From contig JAHJYC010000005.1 of NCBI GenBank assembly GCA_018826905.1, positions 46,681 through 110,680 of the forward strand: a stretch of DNA of 64,000 bases, in the 5' to 3' direction. The position numbers were made by a program, and so were the translations under genes. This stretch comes from Patescibacteria group bacterium. Lineage in GTDB: Bacteria > Patescibacteriota > Minisyncoccia > Phycocordibacterales > Phycocordibacteraceae. This document shows, in pieces, positions 27,607 through 36,593 of this stretch (position 1 is its first letter; each line of letters starts with the position of its first letter). Under the pieces are notes generated by a model. That model was not told the origin of the DNA, did no database searches, and worked only from the letters and a program-made list of their open reading frames with translations.

Positions 27607-29508
27607 ATGAAAGTTTCCCGCACATGGCTACAACAGTATTTTAATAAAGAACTCCCAAGTACAGAGGTGCTTGCTGAAGCGCTTACCTTTCACACCGCTG
27701 AGATTGAAGAGGCTACAGAGGACATGCTGGATGTGAATGTACTTCCCGATAGAGCAGCGTATTTGCTTTCTCATAGAGGTATTGCAACAGAGATTTCTGC
27801 AACGCTTTCTATTCCCTTAAAGCGCGACCCTTTGCGTGAGGAGCTTCCACAGTACGAATCAACCCCGAAACTCTCTGTCTCTCTTGATGCTGAGGGTACG
27901 TGCGACAGATACGTTGGGGCACTTATAACTGGAGTACGAGTAGGACCCTCTCCGGAGTGGCTTCGTGCGGCACTTGAATCAGTAGGGCAACGGTCAATAA
28001 ACAATATTGTTGATGCGACGAACTACGTCATGTTTAACATCGGACAACCGTTGCATGCATTTGACGCTGACAAACTAACTGCCCGAGAGGGCGTCTATGC
28101 AATTGGAGTACGGGCAGCAGAGGCACGTGAATGCATTACTGTACTCAGTGGCGAAACCTATGATGTACCTGAAGGAGCACTCCTTATTGCTGACATGAAT
28201 GCAGAAGGAACGGCACTTGGTATTGCTGGGATTAAAGGAGGAAAACACGCGAGCGTCTCTGAAGAAACAACGAACATTATTCTTGAGTCCGCTCATTTTG
28301 ACGGAACTGCAGTTCGTAAAACTGCGCAAGCGCTTAAACTTTTTACCGATGCGTCTAGCCGTTTCCAAAACAAGCCGTCTGTAGTACTTGCTGCATACGG
28401 TATGCGCGATGTTATTGCGCTGATTCAGGACATTGCAGGCGGTACGCTAGAAGGAGTGACTGATGTGCATAGTCCGTTACTTCCTCCGGATCCTCTTTCC
28501 GTTACGCTTGATCACATCAATGGAGTGCTTGGGACTTCCTATAGCACACAAGATGTGGCGGACGCCTTTAGTCGCCTCTCTTTTTCATACACACTTGCCG
28601 AGCAGACATTTACTATCCTGCGGCCCTTTGAGCGGAAAGACCTCACTATCGCAGAGGATCTTATTGAAGAAGCTGGACGCATACTTGGATACGATCGTAT
28701 TGAACCAGTTGCTCTCCCGCTTCAGATACTACCCCCAGAGCAGTCTAGATTTAGAGGAATTGAGGCAATTAAGGATTTCCTCACCGAGCGTGGCTTCACT
28801 GAGATATCAACCCCCGCATTCTCTGCTGAAGGAGATATTGAGCTAGAGAACCCACTTCAAGAGGACCGTCCTTTCATGAGAACAAGTTTGCTGCCATCAC
28901 TTGAGAGCGCGCTACAACGTGCGGTACATGTTGCGCCGAGAGTACTTGGCCACTCACGGTACATAAAACTCTTTGAAGTTGGTTCGGTTTTCTCTAAAGA
29001 AGGAGAGTCACTTTTGCTATCAATGGGCGTTGTTGATACAGCAGGGAAGTTAGGAGCTGACGCGCTTAAAGAGAATGTTGCCACCCTGGAACAGGAACTG
29101 CTTCGTATCCCAGCATCTGCTCGTTTCTCTCTTAATGGAACAATGATGGAGTTGAATCTTGAAAAGCTGAATCTAGAGAAGCTTGGTGAGACGTATGCAC
29201 CAATCTCTGTTCGTCTTTCATCGTACCGTCCCTATTCAGCCTATCCATTCGCACTCCGCGATGTTGCGGTCTGGACTCCAGGAGGCACTGCTGAAACCGA
29301 AGTTGCAGAGTGTATTCAGGCGAATGCTGGGGAGCTTTTGGTGCGCACCGATCTCTTTGATCGTTTTGAAAAAGAGGGTCGCATATCGTATGCATTTAGA
29401 CTTGTCTTTGAGTCACCGGAACGAACACTTTCTGATGCTGATCTAGATCCGGCGATGAGCCAAGTAACAGAGGCGCTCAACAAGAAAGAGGGGTGGGAGG
29501 TCCGTTAA
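27607..29508 (+). CDS. pheT: Phenylalanine--tRNA ligase beta subunit.
   Basis: 'MKVSRTWLQQYF' start typical of PheT. B3/B4 and B5 region similarity. It lies immediately downstream of pheS. Confidence 0.85.
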   Translation: MKVSRTWLQQYFNKELPSTEVLAEALTFHTAEIEEATEDMLDVNVLPDRAAYLLSHRGIATEISATLSIPLKRDPLREELPQYESTPKLSVSLDAEGTCDRYVGALITGVRVGPSPEWLRAALESVGQRSINNIVDATNYVMFNIGQPLHAFDADKLTAREGVYAIGVRAAEARECITVLSGETYDVPEGALLIADMNAEGTALGIAGIKGGKHASVSEETTNIILESAHFDGTAVRKTAQALKLFTDASSRFQNKPSVVLAAYGMRDVIALIQDIAGGTLEGVTDVHSPLLPPDPLSVTLDHINGVLGTSYSTQDVADAFSRLSFSYTLAEQTFTILRPFERKDLTIAEDLIEEAGRILGYDRIEPVALPLQILPPEQSRFRGIEAIKDFLTERGFTEISTPAFSAEGDIELENPLQEDRPFMRTSLLPSLESALQRAVHVAPRVLGHSRYIKLFEVGSVFSKEGESLLLSMGVVDTAGKLGADALKENVATLEQELLRIPASARFSLNGTMMELNLEKLNLEKLGETYAPISVRLSSYRPYSAYPFALRDVAVWTPGGTAETEVAECIQANAGELLVRTDLFDRFEKEGRISYAFRLVFESPERTLSDADLDPAMSQVTEALNKKEGWEVR

Positions 29509-29598
29509 AACCCTTATTTCATGGGCTCCTAGACGTACCTGTGGAGAAGGATCGGGTTCGTTTGAAGGCCTGTTTCGTGGTAGTATAGAGGTAACAAC

Positions 29599-31662
29599 AT
29601 GGCCAAAGCAGCAGACAATACCGGAAAGAAAAGCGCCGCCAAAAGCGGCGAGTACGATGCATCTTCCATTACCGTCCTTGAAGGACTTGATCCGGTACGA
29701 AAGCGTCCTGGTATGTATATCGGGACCACAGGTCCCGATGGACTACATCACCTTATCTGGGAGATCTTTGATAACTCTCGCGACGAGGCTATGGGTGGGT
29801 TTGCAGATAATATTGAGGTTGCATTGCTACCGGGAGGATATGTGCGTGTCGTAGATAACGGCCGCGGTATTCCTGTTGGTATTCACCCAAAGACAAAGGT
29901 GTCTGCACTAGAGACCATCATGACTACCCTCCATGCCGGAGGAAAGTTCGGAGGTGACGAATCAGGATATAAGGTTTCTGGAGGTCTTCACGGAGTGGGA
30001 GCTTCTGTAGTGAACGCACTTTCTGAACATACGAAAGTTATCGTCCATAAGGATGGGGCAGTTCATATGCAGGAGTACAAGATTGGAAAAGCGCTCGGCA
30101 AGGTAAAGCAGATTGGAAAGACCAGTCATAACGGAACGATCGTATTCTTCAAGCCTGATGTAACCATCTTTAAAGATGGCATCAATTGGAACTGGGACAA
30201 GATTGTAAGTCACTTGCGTCAGCAGGCGTATCTCGTAAAAGGAACACGTATTACTGTTATTGATGCGAGAGAGGAGACGGCCGTTGATGCTGAAGGAACG
30301 GTATACCTTCGTGCAGAAGGACTAGACAGTCCATCAATGTCTTTCTTCTTTGAGGGAGGGCTCCGGTCGCTCATTGGTTTTTATAACAAGCACCAGACGG
30401 TTGCACACAAAAATATCTTTTACGTTGACTCAAGCGAGGGAGACGTGGCGGTTGAGGTGGCACTTCAATATGTAGATGATATTTCTCCGAGACTGCTTGC
30501 GTTTGCGAACAATATTTACAATCCAGAGCACGGTACGCATGTCACAGGATTTAAGACAGCGCTTACTCGTACTATTAATACGTACGCACGTACTGCAGGG
30601 ATCCTAAAAGAAAGCGACGAGAATTTCACCGGAGATGATGTGCTTGAGGGTATAACTGCAGTTATCTCAGTGAAGATGCCTGAGATTCAGTTTGAAGGAC
30701 AGACGAAAGGGAAGCTTGGATCTGTGGAGGCGCAAGGGGCAACTGCAACTATCTTCGGATCGGCATTCGCTTCGTTCTTAGAAGAGAACCCAGACGATGC
30801 CCGCGCTATCGCAAATAAGGTATTGCTTGCACTTAAAGCAAGAAAAGCAGCTAAGGCAGCTAAAGACTCTGTTCTTAGAAAGGGCGCCCTTGAGGGAATG
30901 ACACTGCCTGGAAAACTTGCAGACTGCCAGACAAAGAATGCAGAGGAATCAGAGCTCTTTATCGTAGAGGGAGACTCTGCGGGAGGTACAGCAAAGACAG
31001 GACGAGATCGTCGTACTCAGGCTATTCTCCCGCTTCGTGGAAAGATTCTTAACATTGAGCGCGCACGTCTGGATAAAATGCTTGCTTCTGAGCAGATCAA
31101 GAATCTAGTGGTTGCACTCGGTACTGCTATTGGAGATATCTTTGATATTTCAAAACTCCGCTATCACAAGGTTATTATCGCAACAGACGCGGACGTAGAC
31201 GGGGCACACATTCGTACTCTGTTGCTCACTCTTTTCTATAGGCACTTCAGACAAGTTATAGATGGCGGATTTATTTATATTGCTCAGCCACCGTTGTACA
31301 AAATTAAGCGCGGAAAGGAGGTGCTGTATGCCTATACAGAAGAAGAGAAGGTGCGTCTATTAGGAAACGACGCTATAGCTGATTCTGATGAAGAAGAGGA
31401 GACTCCAGAAGAAGGAGAAGAGGTAGTTGCAAAGAAGGGAGCACCAAAGACCTCCATTCAAAGATATAAGGGACTTGGAGAGATGAACGCCTCAGAGCTC
31501 TGGGAAACAACCATGGATCCAGGGAAGCGAGTGTTGAAGCGCGTTACCGTTGAGGACGCACAAGATGCAGATCGTATCTTTGATATTCTCATGGGGACAG
31601 ATGTCGCAAGCAGGAAAGCATTCATTCAATCAAACGCCAAAATGGCAACGTTGGACGTATAA
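29599..31662 (+). CDS. gyrB: DNA gyrase subunit B.
   Basis: GHKL ATPase 'LEGLDPVRKRPGMYIGTT...LHHLIWEIFDNSRDE'. Toprim 'LFIVEGDSAGG'. C-terminal 'QRYKGLGEMN'. Confidence 0.85.
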   Translation: MAKAADNTGKKSAAKSGEYDASSITVLEGLDPVRKRPGMYIGTTGPDGLHHLIWEIFDNSRDEAMGGFADNIEVALLPGGYVRVVDNGRGIPVGIHPKTKVSALETIMTTLHAGGKFGGDESGYKVSGGLHGVGASVVNALSEHTKVIVHKDGAVHMQEYKIGKALGKVKQIGKTSHNGTIVFFKPDVTIFKDGINWNWDKIVSHLRQQAYLVKGTRITVIDAREETAVDAEGTVYLRAEGLDSPSMSFFFEGGLRSLIGFYNKHQTVAHKNIFYVDSSEGDVAVEVALQYVDDISPRLLAFANNIYNPEHGTHVTGFKTALTRTINTYARTAGILKESDENFTGDDVLEGITAVISVKMPEIQFEGQTKGKLGSVEAQGATATIFGSAFASFLEENPDDARAIANKVLLALKARKAAKAAKDSVLRKGALEGMTLPGKLADCQTKNAEESELFIVEGDSAGGTAKTGRDRRTQAILPLRGKILNIERARLDKMLASEQIKNLVVALGTAIGDIFDISKLRYHKVIIATDADVDGAHIRTLLLTLFYRHFRQVIDGGFIYIAQPPLYKIKRGKEVLYAYTEEEKVRLLGNDAIADSDEEEETPEEGEEVVAKKGAPKTSIQRYKGLGEMNASELWETTMDPGKRVLKRVTVEDAQDADRIFDILMGTDVASRKAFIQSNAKMATLDV

Positions 31663-31664
31663 AC

Positions 31665-31698
31665 AAAAAGCCCCGGGAATTCCCGGGGCTTTTTGTTT
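31665..31698. terminator. Bidirectional terminator (perfect palindrome) between gyrB and the convergent gene.
   Basis: 'aaaaagccccgggaattcccggggctttttgttt'. Confidence 0.8.
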
Positions 31699-31705
31699 AT
31701 AACGG

Positions 31706-32485
31706 TTAGTCCTCAATATCAATGCGTACTGAACGAGAGTTGTTTCCTTCGTTAGACTCGCTTATGTCGCGGTCTGGGTCTACGACGATAGTAATCTCAC
31801 GATCGTCTCCTTCGCGTGTTTGGTCAAATCCAAGGACGTAATCAATGCGCTCTCCAGGCTTGAGTGACTCTTGCTTGCCTGAGTGGAAGGTATAGCTACG
31901 GCTCGTTGGGAGCTCTGCATCAAATTCAAAGCGTCCTGAGATGTTTGTACCACGGTTAGCGATGGTGAACTTCACCGCACCACGCTCTCCATCTGGAACA
32001 CGGCTTGAAGCACGGAACGTGTCAGTGTCTGAAGACGTAAGGTATCCAGTAGTGATGTTTTCAATCACAAGGTCAGGGAGACCAAAGAGGGGAGCTGGAG
32101 TTGTTCCAACCTGTACGACACGCGTGACGGGAGTTCCTGGTGTTGGTGTTACCGGTGTAGTGTCTGGTGTCTCTGTTGCAGGAGGAGTTGTTGTTGCTGC
32201 AGGGATATCGTCTCCAAAGGGAACAGTCTCTGTGGGTGGAACCACAACGAGATCTGTGTCCTCAGTGTTTGGCTGGAATGCAGATGAGAAGTACACCGCA
32301 GCTGAACCGATGCGAGAAATAGCAGACGGCACAAAAGTTGCTGCATAAATGGCAAGCGCCATTCCAATAAGAATAAGGACGATAAATCCAACGATTGCAA
32401 GACCGTTTACCGCTGCACGGCGAACAGGCCTCTCCGAAGTTCGTAGTGTGGTCAGTTCCATATGCGCATTGTTTACCACACCCAT
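31706..32485 (-). CDS. N-terminally anchored secreted protein with a Thr/Pro-rich linker and a CARDB-like domain.
   Basis: TM helix. 'TTPPATETPDTTPVTPTPGTPVT'. CARDB end motif 'DPDRDISESNEGNNS'. Confidence 0.65.
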   Translation of the reverse strand: MGVVNNAHMELTTLRTSERPVRRAAVNGLAIVGFIVLILIGMALAIYAATFVPSAISRIGSAAVYFSSAFQPNTEDTDLVVVPPTETVPFGDDIPAATTTPPATETPDTTPVTPTPGTPVTRVVQVGTTPAPLFGLPDLVIENITTGYLTSSDTDTFRASSRVPDGERGAVKFTIANRGTNISGRFEFDAELPTSRSYTFHSGKQESLKPGERIDYVLGFDQTREGDDREITIVVDPDRDISESNEGNNSRSVRIDIED

Positions 32486-32614
32486 TATTCTTTGTCAACC
32501 ACCCCCACAGAAAGCGCTTCAGCGAATGTTCAGGTACCTGTAGGTATACTGAAGACCAGAATACCAGCGGACTTGACAATATGGGTGTTGTGGTGTAAAT
32601 ATGAGTAGGAGCCT

Positions 32615-33277
32615 ATGGCACTTGTCACAAATACCGTACAGCTGATTCGCGCTTCAGGGCGCGTATATGCTAAGAAATGGAGCTTTCTTCTCGCTTTTCT
32701 AGCGGTGTTCTTCGTATCATTCTCGGTTCTCGCGATCCTAGACTTGGTACCAGAAGCACCTGCCACAATCGTTGAGGAAGCAGTGGTAGTGCCACAGGAC
32801 GCATTGGTTGCTTCTGTGGTGTCAGCAGTACCTGAGAATCCTGTTCGTGTGGAGATTCCAGATATTGATCTTGATGTAACAATCAAGAACCCTGAGAGCA
32901 CAGATGTTGAGACCTTGGACGCTGCACTCCTTACAGGTGCAGTGCGTTATCCAACGTCAGCACAGCTTGGAGAAGAAGGGAACGTAATTCTCTTCGGACA
33001 CTCAAGCTACCTGCCGGTGGTAAACAACAAGGCGTTCAAGGCATTTAATGCAATTCAGAACCTTTCAGAGGGAAACCGCATTCTCGTACATAGTGAGGGG
33101 ATGACGTATGTCTACTCTGTAACGGACGTAGCTTCTGCAGACGCTGAGTCTGCTGCTATTCCACTTACAAAGACCGGACACACGCTAACACTCGCTACAT
33201 GTGATTCGTTTGGAAAGAAGACGGATCGTTTTGTGGTGGTCGCTCAACTTGTTGAGAGCTATCCGCTCGGAAGCTAG
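32615..33277 (+). CDS. Sortase-family transpeptidase.
   Basis: N-terminal TM helix. His motif 'ILFGHSSY'. Catalytic 'TLTLATCD' (TLxTC). Downstream conserved Arg ('RFVVVAQL'). Confidence 0.7.
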   Translation: MALVTNTVQLIRASGRVYAKKWSFLLAFLAVFFVSFSVLAILDLVPEAPATIVEEAVVVPQDALVASVVSAVPENPVRVEIPDIDLDVTIKNPESTDVETLDAALLTGAVRYPTSAQLGEEGNVILFGHSSYLPVVNNKAFKAFNAIQNLSEGNRILVHSEGMTYVYSVTDVASADAESAAIPLTKTGHTLTLATCDSFGKKTDRFVVVAQLVESYPLGS

Positions 33278-33372
33278 ACTTCTTGGCTGATAGGTCGCTG
33301 CAAGTAGCAGGCAGGACCAACTGTTCTTCAACCGCCGCCAATCAGGCGGCTCACAAAAGGAAGGAACTCGCC

Positions 33373-34278
33373 ATGCGAGATCTTAACCGACGTGCGCTGC
33401 TCCTTGCGGGCGGCGCATCCTGCGCACTGGGCGTCACTCCAGGCTTCGCCGGGCAAGACCCGACGTGGGAAAACTGGGGTGGAGCACCCTACGGAACCAG
33501 TTTCAGTGACGTGACTTCGGACACCAAGTTCGACTTCGCGTTGCAAGAACTCGGCATTCCCGAACCGCTCCGCCAGCCCTTCAAGGATCTGGTGCGCGCA
33601 AACCCGACTCCCGAGCCGCTCGTGTACCTGGTTCCCAACCAGGTCCTGAACGGCATGATGAGCGGTACTGATTCGCGGCACCCGAGGCCGCACGTCATGC
33701 GCAACGTCACCGTCGGCCGGACTGTCATCTCCCGGGGTGTCGTCCGAGCAGCGGAAGCTTGGGAATGGCGTCTCTCTCACGAGGGTCGCCTGTACCGGCT
33801 GATTCTTCCCAAGGTCTGCTTCAACTGGTCTCTGATCATCGAAGAAGAACCCGGAGAAGAACGCTGCGTCGAGCTGCACTTTAACGCCTTCGTTGGCGGC
33901 AATGTGCGCTGGGGCGTGGGCAGTTTGGACGGCGCGCTTGCGCCGAGCAGCTGCAACGCCATCCGGCAAGGCGACGGGTCTTGGAAGGCTTGGGGCGGGG
34001 AATGTGACGAATGCGTGCCGGCGGTTGGCTACATCAGTCAAACGCTGCGCGGAACGGCACAGGTCCCGCATCGGTACCTCTACGACGTCACGGAGCGTCA
34101 TCAAACGATCCGGTTTTCAACCGAGATCTGGGAGAAGACGGTCTACATCTGTCTGGAGGACGCGAACGGCAGAAGGTCCTGCGGGGTGTACATGCGCCCC
34201 GAAGACTGGAACGGTCGCTATTCCGCCGACATCCCTGATTCCATGTGGATCTTGGACGAAGGAAACTGTCCCGCATAG
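33373..34278 (+). CDS. Hypothetical secreted Cys-containing protein with a twin-arginine (Tat)-type signal peptide. It sits inside a GC-rich (~62-65%) compositional island.
   Basis: Strong SD 'aaggaaggaa' upstream of ATG 33373. 'MRDLNRRALLLAGGASCALG'. GC3-rich codons (ctg/ggc/ttc/gac) unlike the neighbouring genes. A terminator-like nested hairpin lies at 34287-34330. Confidence 0.6.
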   Translation: MRDLNRRALLLAGGASCALGVTPGFAGQDPTWENWGGAPYGTSFSDVTSDTKFDFALQELGIPEPLRQPFKDLVRANPTPEPLVYLVPNQVLNGMMSGTDSRHPRPHVMRNVTVGRTVISRGVVRAAEAWEWRLSHEGRLYRLILPKVCFNWSLIIEEEPGEERCVELHFNAFVGGNVRWGVGSLDGALAPSSCNAIRQGDGSWKAWGGECDECVPAVGYISQTLRGTAQVPHRYLYDVTERHQTIRFSTEIWEKTVYICLEDANGRRSCGVYMRPEDWNGRYSADIPDSMWILDEGNCPA

Positions 34279-34390
34279 GGACACCCGGGTTGGCTGGCAG
34301 CTCTCTACGAGCTTCCGCCAACCCTTTTCATACGCCACTTGGTGGCAAGGAGAAATTATTTATTGAATCGTTAGATTATCAAAGAACACA

Positions 34391-36526
34391 TTGATTATGG
34401 AACTCATGAAAGAACACATTGCATACGCGAAGACGCGCCCGATTATGGTTGCGATATTTGCTGTGCTCGCAACCATATCCATTGGTATGGCTGTTGCGTA
34501 CGCAACAGGATTCACTGTACCTGAGCCAACACAGGCACAGGTTATTGGACCTCCTTGTTGTACTCCGCCACCACCACCACCCCCTCCTCCGCCACCACCA
34601 CCACCACCACCCCCGCCACCGCCACCGCCACCGCCACCACCATTGCCGGTGCCGCAGTGTGAGCTTTCTGCAGCCCCAACTCAGGTATCTGTTGGAGGAA
34701 CCTCAATACTTACGTGGAGTACGGTTAATGCAACAAGTGCATCTATAGATCAGGGAGTTGGTCCAGTAAGTCCTGTAGAGGGCGGATCAGTGCCAGTAAC
34801 GGTTACAGGCAATACAACCTATACACTTACCGCAACTGGTCCTGGAGGAACCGTAACCTGTACTGCAGCTGTAACGGTGCCACCGCCACCAGATGAACTA
34901 CCAGTGTGTACGCTTGTTGCAAATCCAACGGCTATTCAGATTGGAGGATCTTCAGTACTTACGTGGACTACACAGAACTCAGTATCATTTGTTATTGACC
35001 GTGGAGTAGGGTCAGTAACTCCAGTTGCTGGAGGAGATGTGTCAGTGTCACCATTAGTGACTACTACCTATACCGGTACTGCAACAGGAACGAACGGGCA
35101 GACAGTTACCTGTGCTGCGACGATTACAGTAAGTATTCTCCCGCCAGCGCCTGTTTGTACTCTCGTCGCAAATCCAACGACCATAAACCCAGGTGGCTCC
35201 TCAACACTCACCTGGACTACTCAGAATGTAACGAGCGCCACTATTGATCAGGGAATCGGAGCCATCACTCCAGTTACTGGGGGATCAGTACCCGTATCTC
35301 CTTCAGTCACTACGACGTACACGCTTACGGGAACTGGAACAAACGGACAGACTGTTACGTGTCCTGCAACGGTTACCGTAACCACCAATCCTGTACCGAT
35401 CTGTACTCTTGTTGCTAATCCAACCACAATTGATCGTGGAGATGAGTCAACGCTTACATGGACAAGCTCCAATGTAACCTCGGGATCCATTAATCAGGGT
35501 GTAGGAACTATTACTCCAGTAGCTGGTGGAGACACACGCGTCTCTCCAACAAGTGACACGACCTATACCGCAACCTTCACGGGTCCATATGGAGATGTCA
35601 CCTGTACTGCAGCGGTTGATATCCGCAGCACCACTGGAGGAGGGGGAGGAGGCGGAGGACGTCGTAGTCCTCGCGTTGTCCTAGACTCACTTAAGCAACC
35701 TCTAGAAGAGCCACTCTCGTTCGTGTATCTCTCTGAGACTCCATATACTGGTCTTGATCTAGGACCATGGGGAACTGCGATCTACTGGCTCATGCTTATC
35801 GGATGGAGTGCTGCTGCTGCGTACCTTGTACTCTTCAACGCACTACCGTTTGTAACCGCTAGAGCACGAAGCTTTGGAGGGAATGTGAAGCAGGCACTAA
35901 ATGTTGAGCCAATTGAGATGAGTGCACATGCTGCACCAGCGCATGACACACACACTGCTCATCCGTCTGCTCCAACGCCAAGTCGTCCAGAAGGATTCAA
36001 TCAACGTGATGGATTCCGTTCATTCGCAGCGAACGAAGGCCTCACCATTGATGACATTGTAAAGGGACTCTCACGTCAGATTGAGGAGCGTCAGGACACA
36101 CGTCCAGAGGCAACTCCAGCATACACAGAACGTACTGCTGAACCTGTCGCACACGCAGCCCCTGTTCGTGAGGTGCCTAAGGCAACACATGAGCCAGTGT
36201 CTGAAGACGTTCGTGACTTCCTCGCAGCCCTTCTTGCAGGAGATCGTGATACGGTCTTCGGTATGATCCGCAACCTCGCTCGTGAGGGTGAGGACACGGA
36301 GCTCTTCGTCTCACATGCAGCATGTGCTCTTGATGACGCATACCGCGCATGTATTGATGGCACTACCTGTCACCCAGATATTGCTGAGCTCACGAGTGGA
36401 TGCCACCCATCATTCCTTGAGCGCATTGTTACCTCACTCACGACTGCTGTTGATGGAAGCTATTCAACCGGTATCACCGGTGTGAAGATGGCTCTCACAC
36501 GTGCACTCGGCGTAGTGGCTGGATAA
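34391..36526 (+). CDS. Large surface protein. Its parts in order: N-terminal signal-anchor, a ~29-residue poly-Pro tract, four tandem ~83-aa Ig-like Cys-pair repeats, a poly-Gly tract, a second TM helix, and a ~230-aa C-terminal domain with a Cys/His cluster.
   Basis: TM 'IMVAIFAVLATISIGMAVAYA'. (CCN)n at 34565-34645. Repeats 'TLTW.T.N.TSA.IDQG.G..TPV.GG...VSP...TTYT.T.TG..G.TVTC.A.VTV' x4. 'GGGGGGGGRRSPR'. TM 'AIYWLMLIGWSAAAAYLVLF'. The first ATG is at 34397. Confidence 0.75.
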   Translation: MIMELMKEHIAYAKTRPIMVAIFAVLATISIGMAVAYATGFTVPEPTQAQVIGPPCCTPPPPPPPPPPPPPPPPPPPPPPPPPPLPVPQCELSAAPTQVSVGGTSILTWSTVNATSASIDQGVGPVSPVEGGSVPVTVTGNTTYTLTATGPGGTVTCTAAVTVPPPPDELPVCTLVANPTAIQIGGSSVLTWTTQNSVSFVIDRGVGSVTPVAGGDVSVSPLVTTTYTGTATGTNGQTVTCAATITVSILPPAPVCTLVANPTTINPGGSSTLTWTTQNVTSATIDQGIGAITPVTGGSVPVSPSVTTTYTLTGTGTNGQTVTCPATVTVTTNPVPICTLVANPTTIDRGDESTLTWTSSNVTSGSINQGVGTITPVAGGDTRVSPTSDTTYTATFTGPYGDVTCTAAVDIRSTTGGGGGGGGRRSPRVVLDSLKQPLEEPLSFVYLSETPYTGLDLGPWGTAIYWLMLIGWSAAAAYLVLFNALPFVTARARSFGGNVKQALNVEPIEMSAHAAPAHDTHTAHPSAPTPSRPEGFNQRDGFRSFAANEGLTIDDIVKGLSRQIEERQDTRPEATPAYTERTAEPVAHAAPVREVPKATHEPVSEDVRDFLAALLAGDRDTVFGMIRNLAREGEDTELFVSHAACALDDAYRACIDGTTCHPDIAELTSGCHPSFLERIVTSLTTAVDGSYSTGITGVKMALTRALGVVAG
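34565..34645 (+). repeat. Coding (CCN)n microsatellite (poly-proline).
   Basis: 'ccgccaccaccaccacccc...ccgccaccgccaccgccacc' seen directly. Confidence 0.85.
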
Positions 36527-36542
36527 GAGCTAGACACAATTC

Positions 36543-36582
36543 AAAACACCCAGGGCATTGTCCTTGGGTGTTTTGTGTTTCT
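36543..36582. terminator. Bidirectional rho-independent terminator between convergent genes.
   Basis: 'aaaacacccagggcattgtccttgggtgttttgtgttt'. Confidence 0.7.
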
Positions 36583-36593
36583 TGACCGATTCT

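Noticed and set aside
33328-34104. Long antisense ORFs inside the GC-rich islands (33328-34104 on the minus strand; also 53372-53980 + and 53607-53888 -).
   Set aside because: High GC depletes stop codons, and these frames are Arg/Ala-rich with no start context. The sense frames have SD sequences and sensible hydropathy.
34380-34421. 13-bp direct repeat 'aaagaacacattg' x2 at the start of ORF 34391 as a regulatory operator.
   Set aside because: It is short, the second copy is inside the coding start, and it has no partner elsewhere in the window. It is likely a chance or local duplication.
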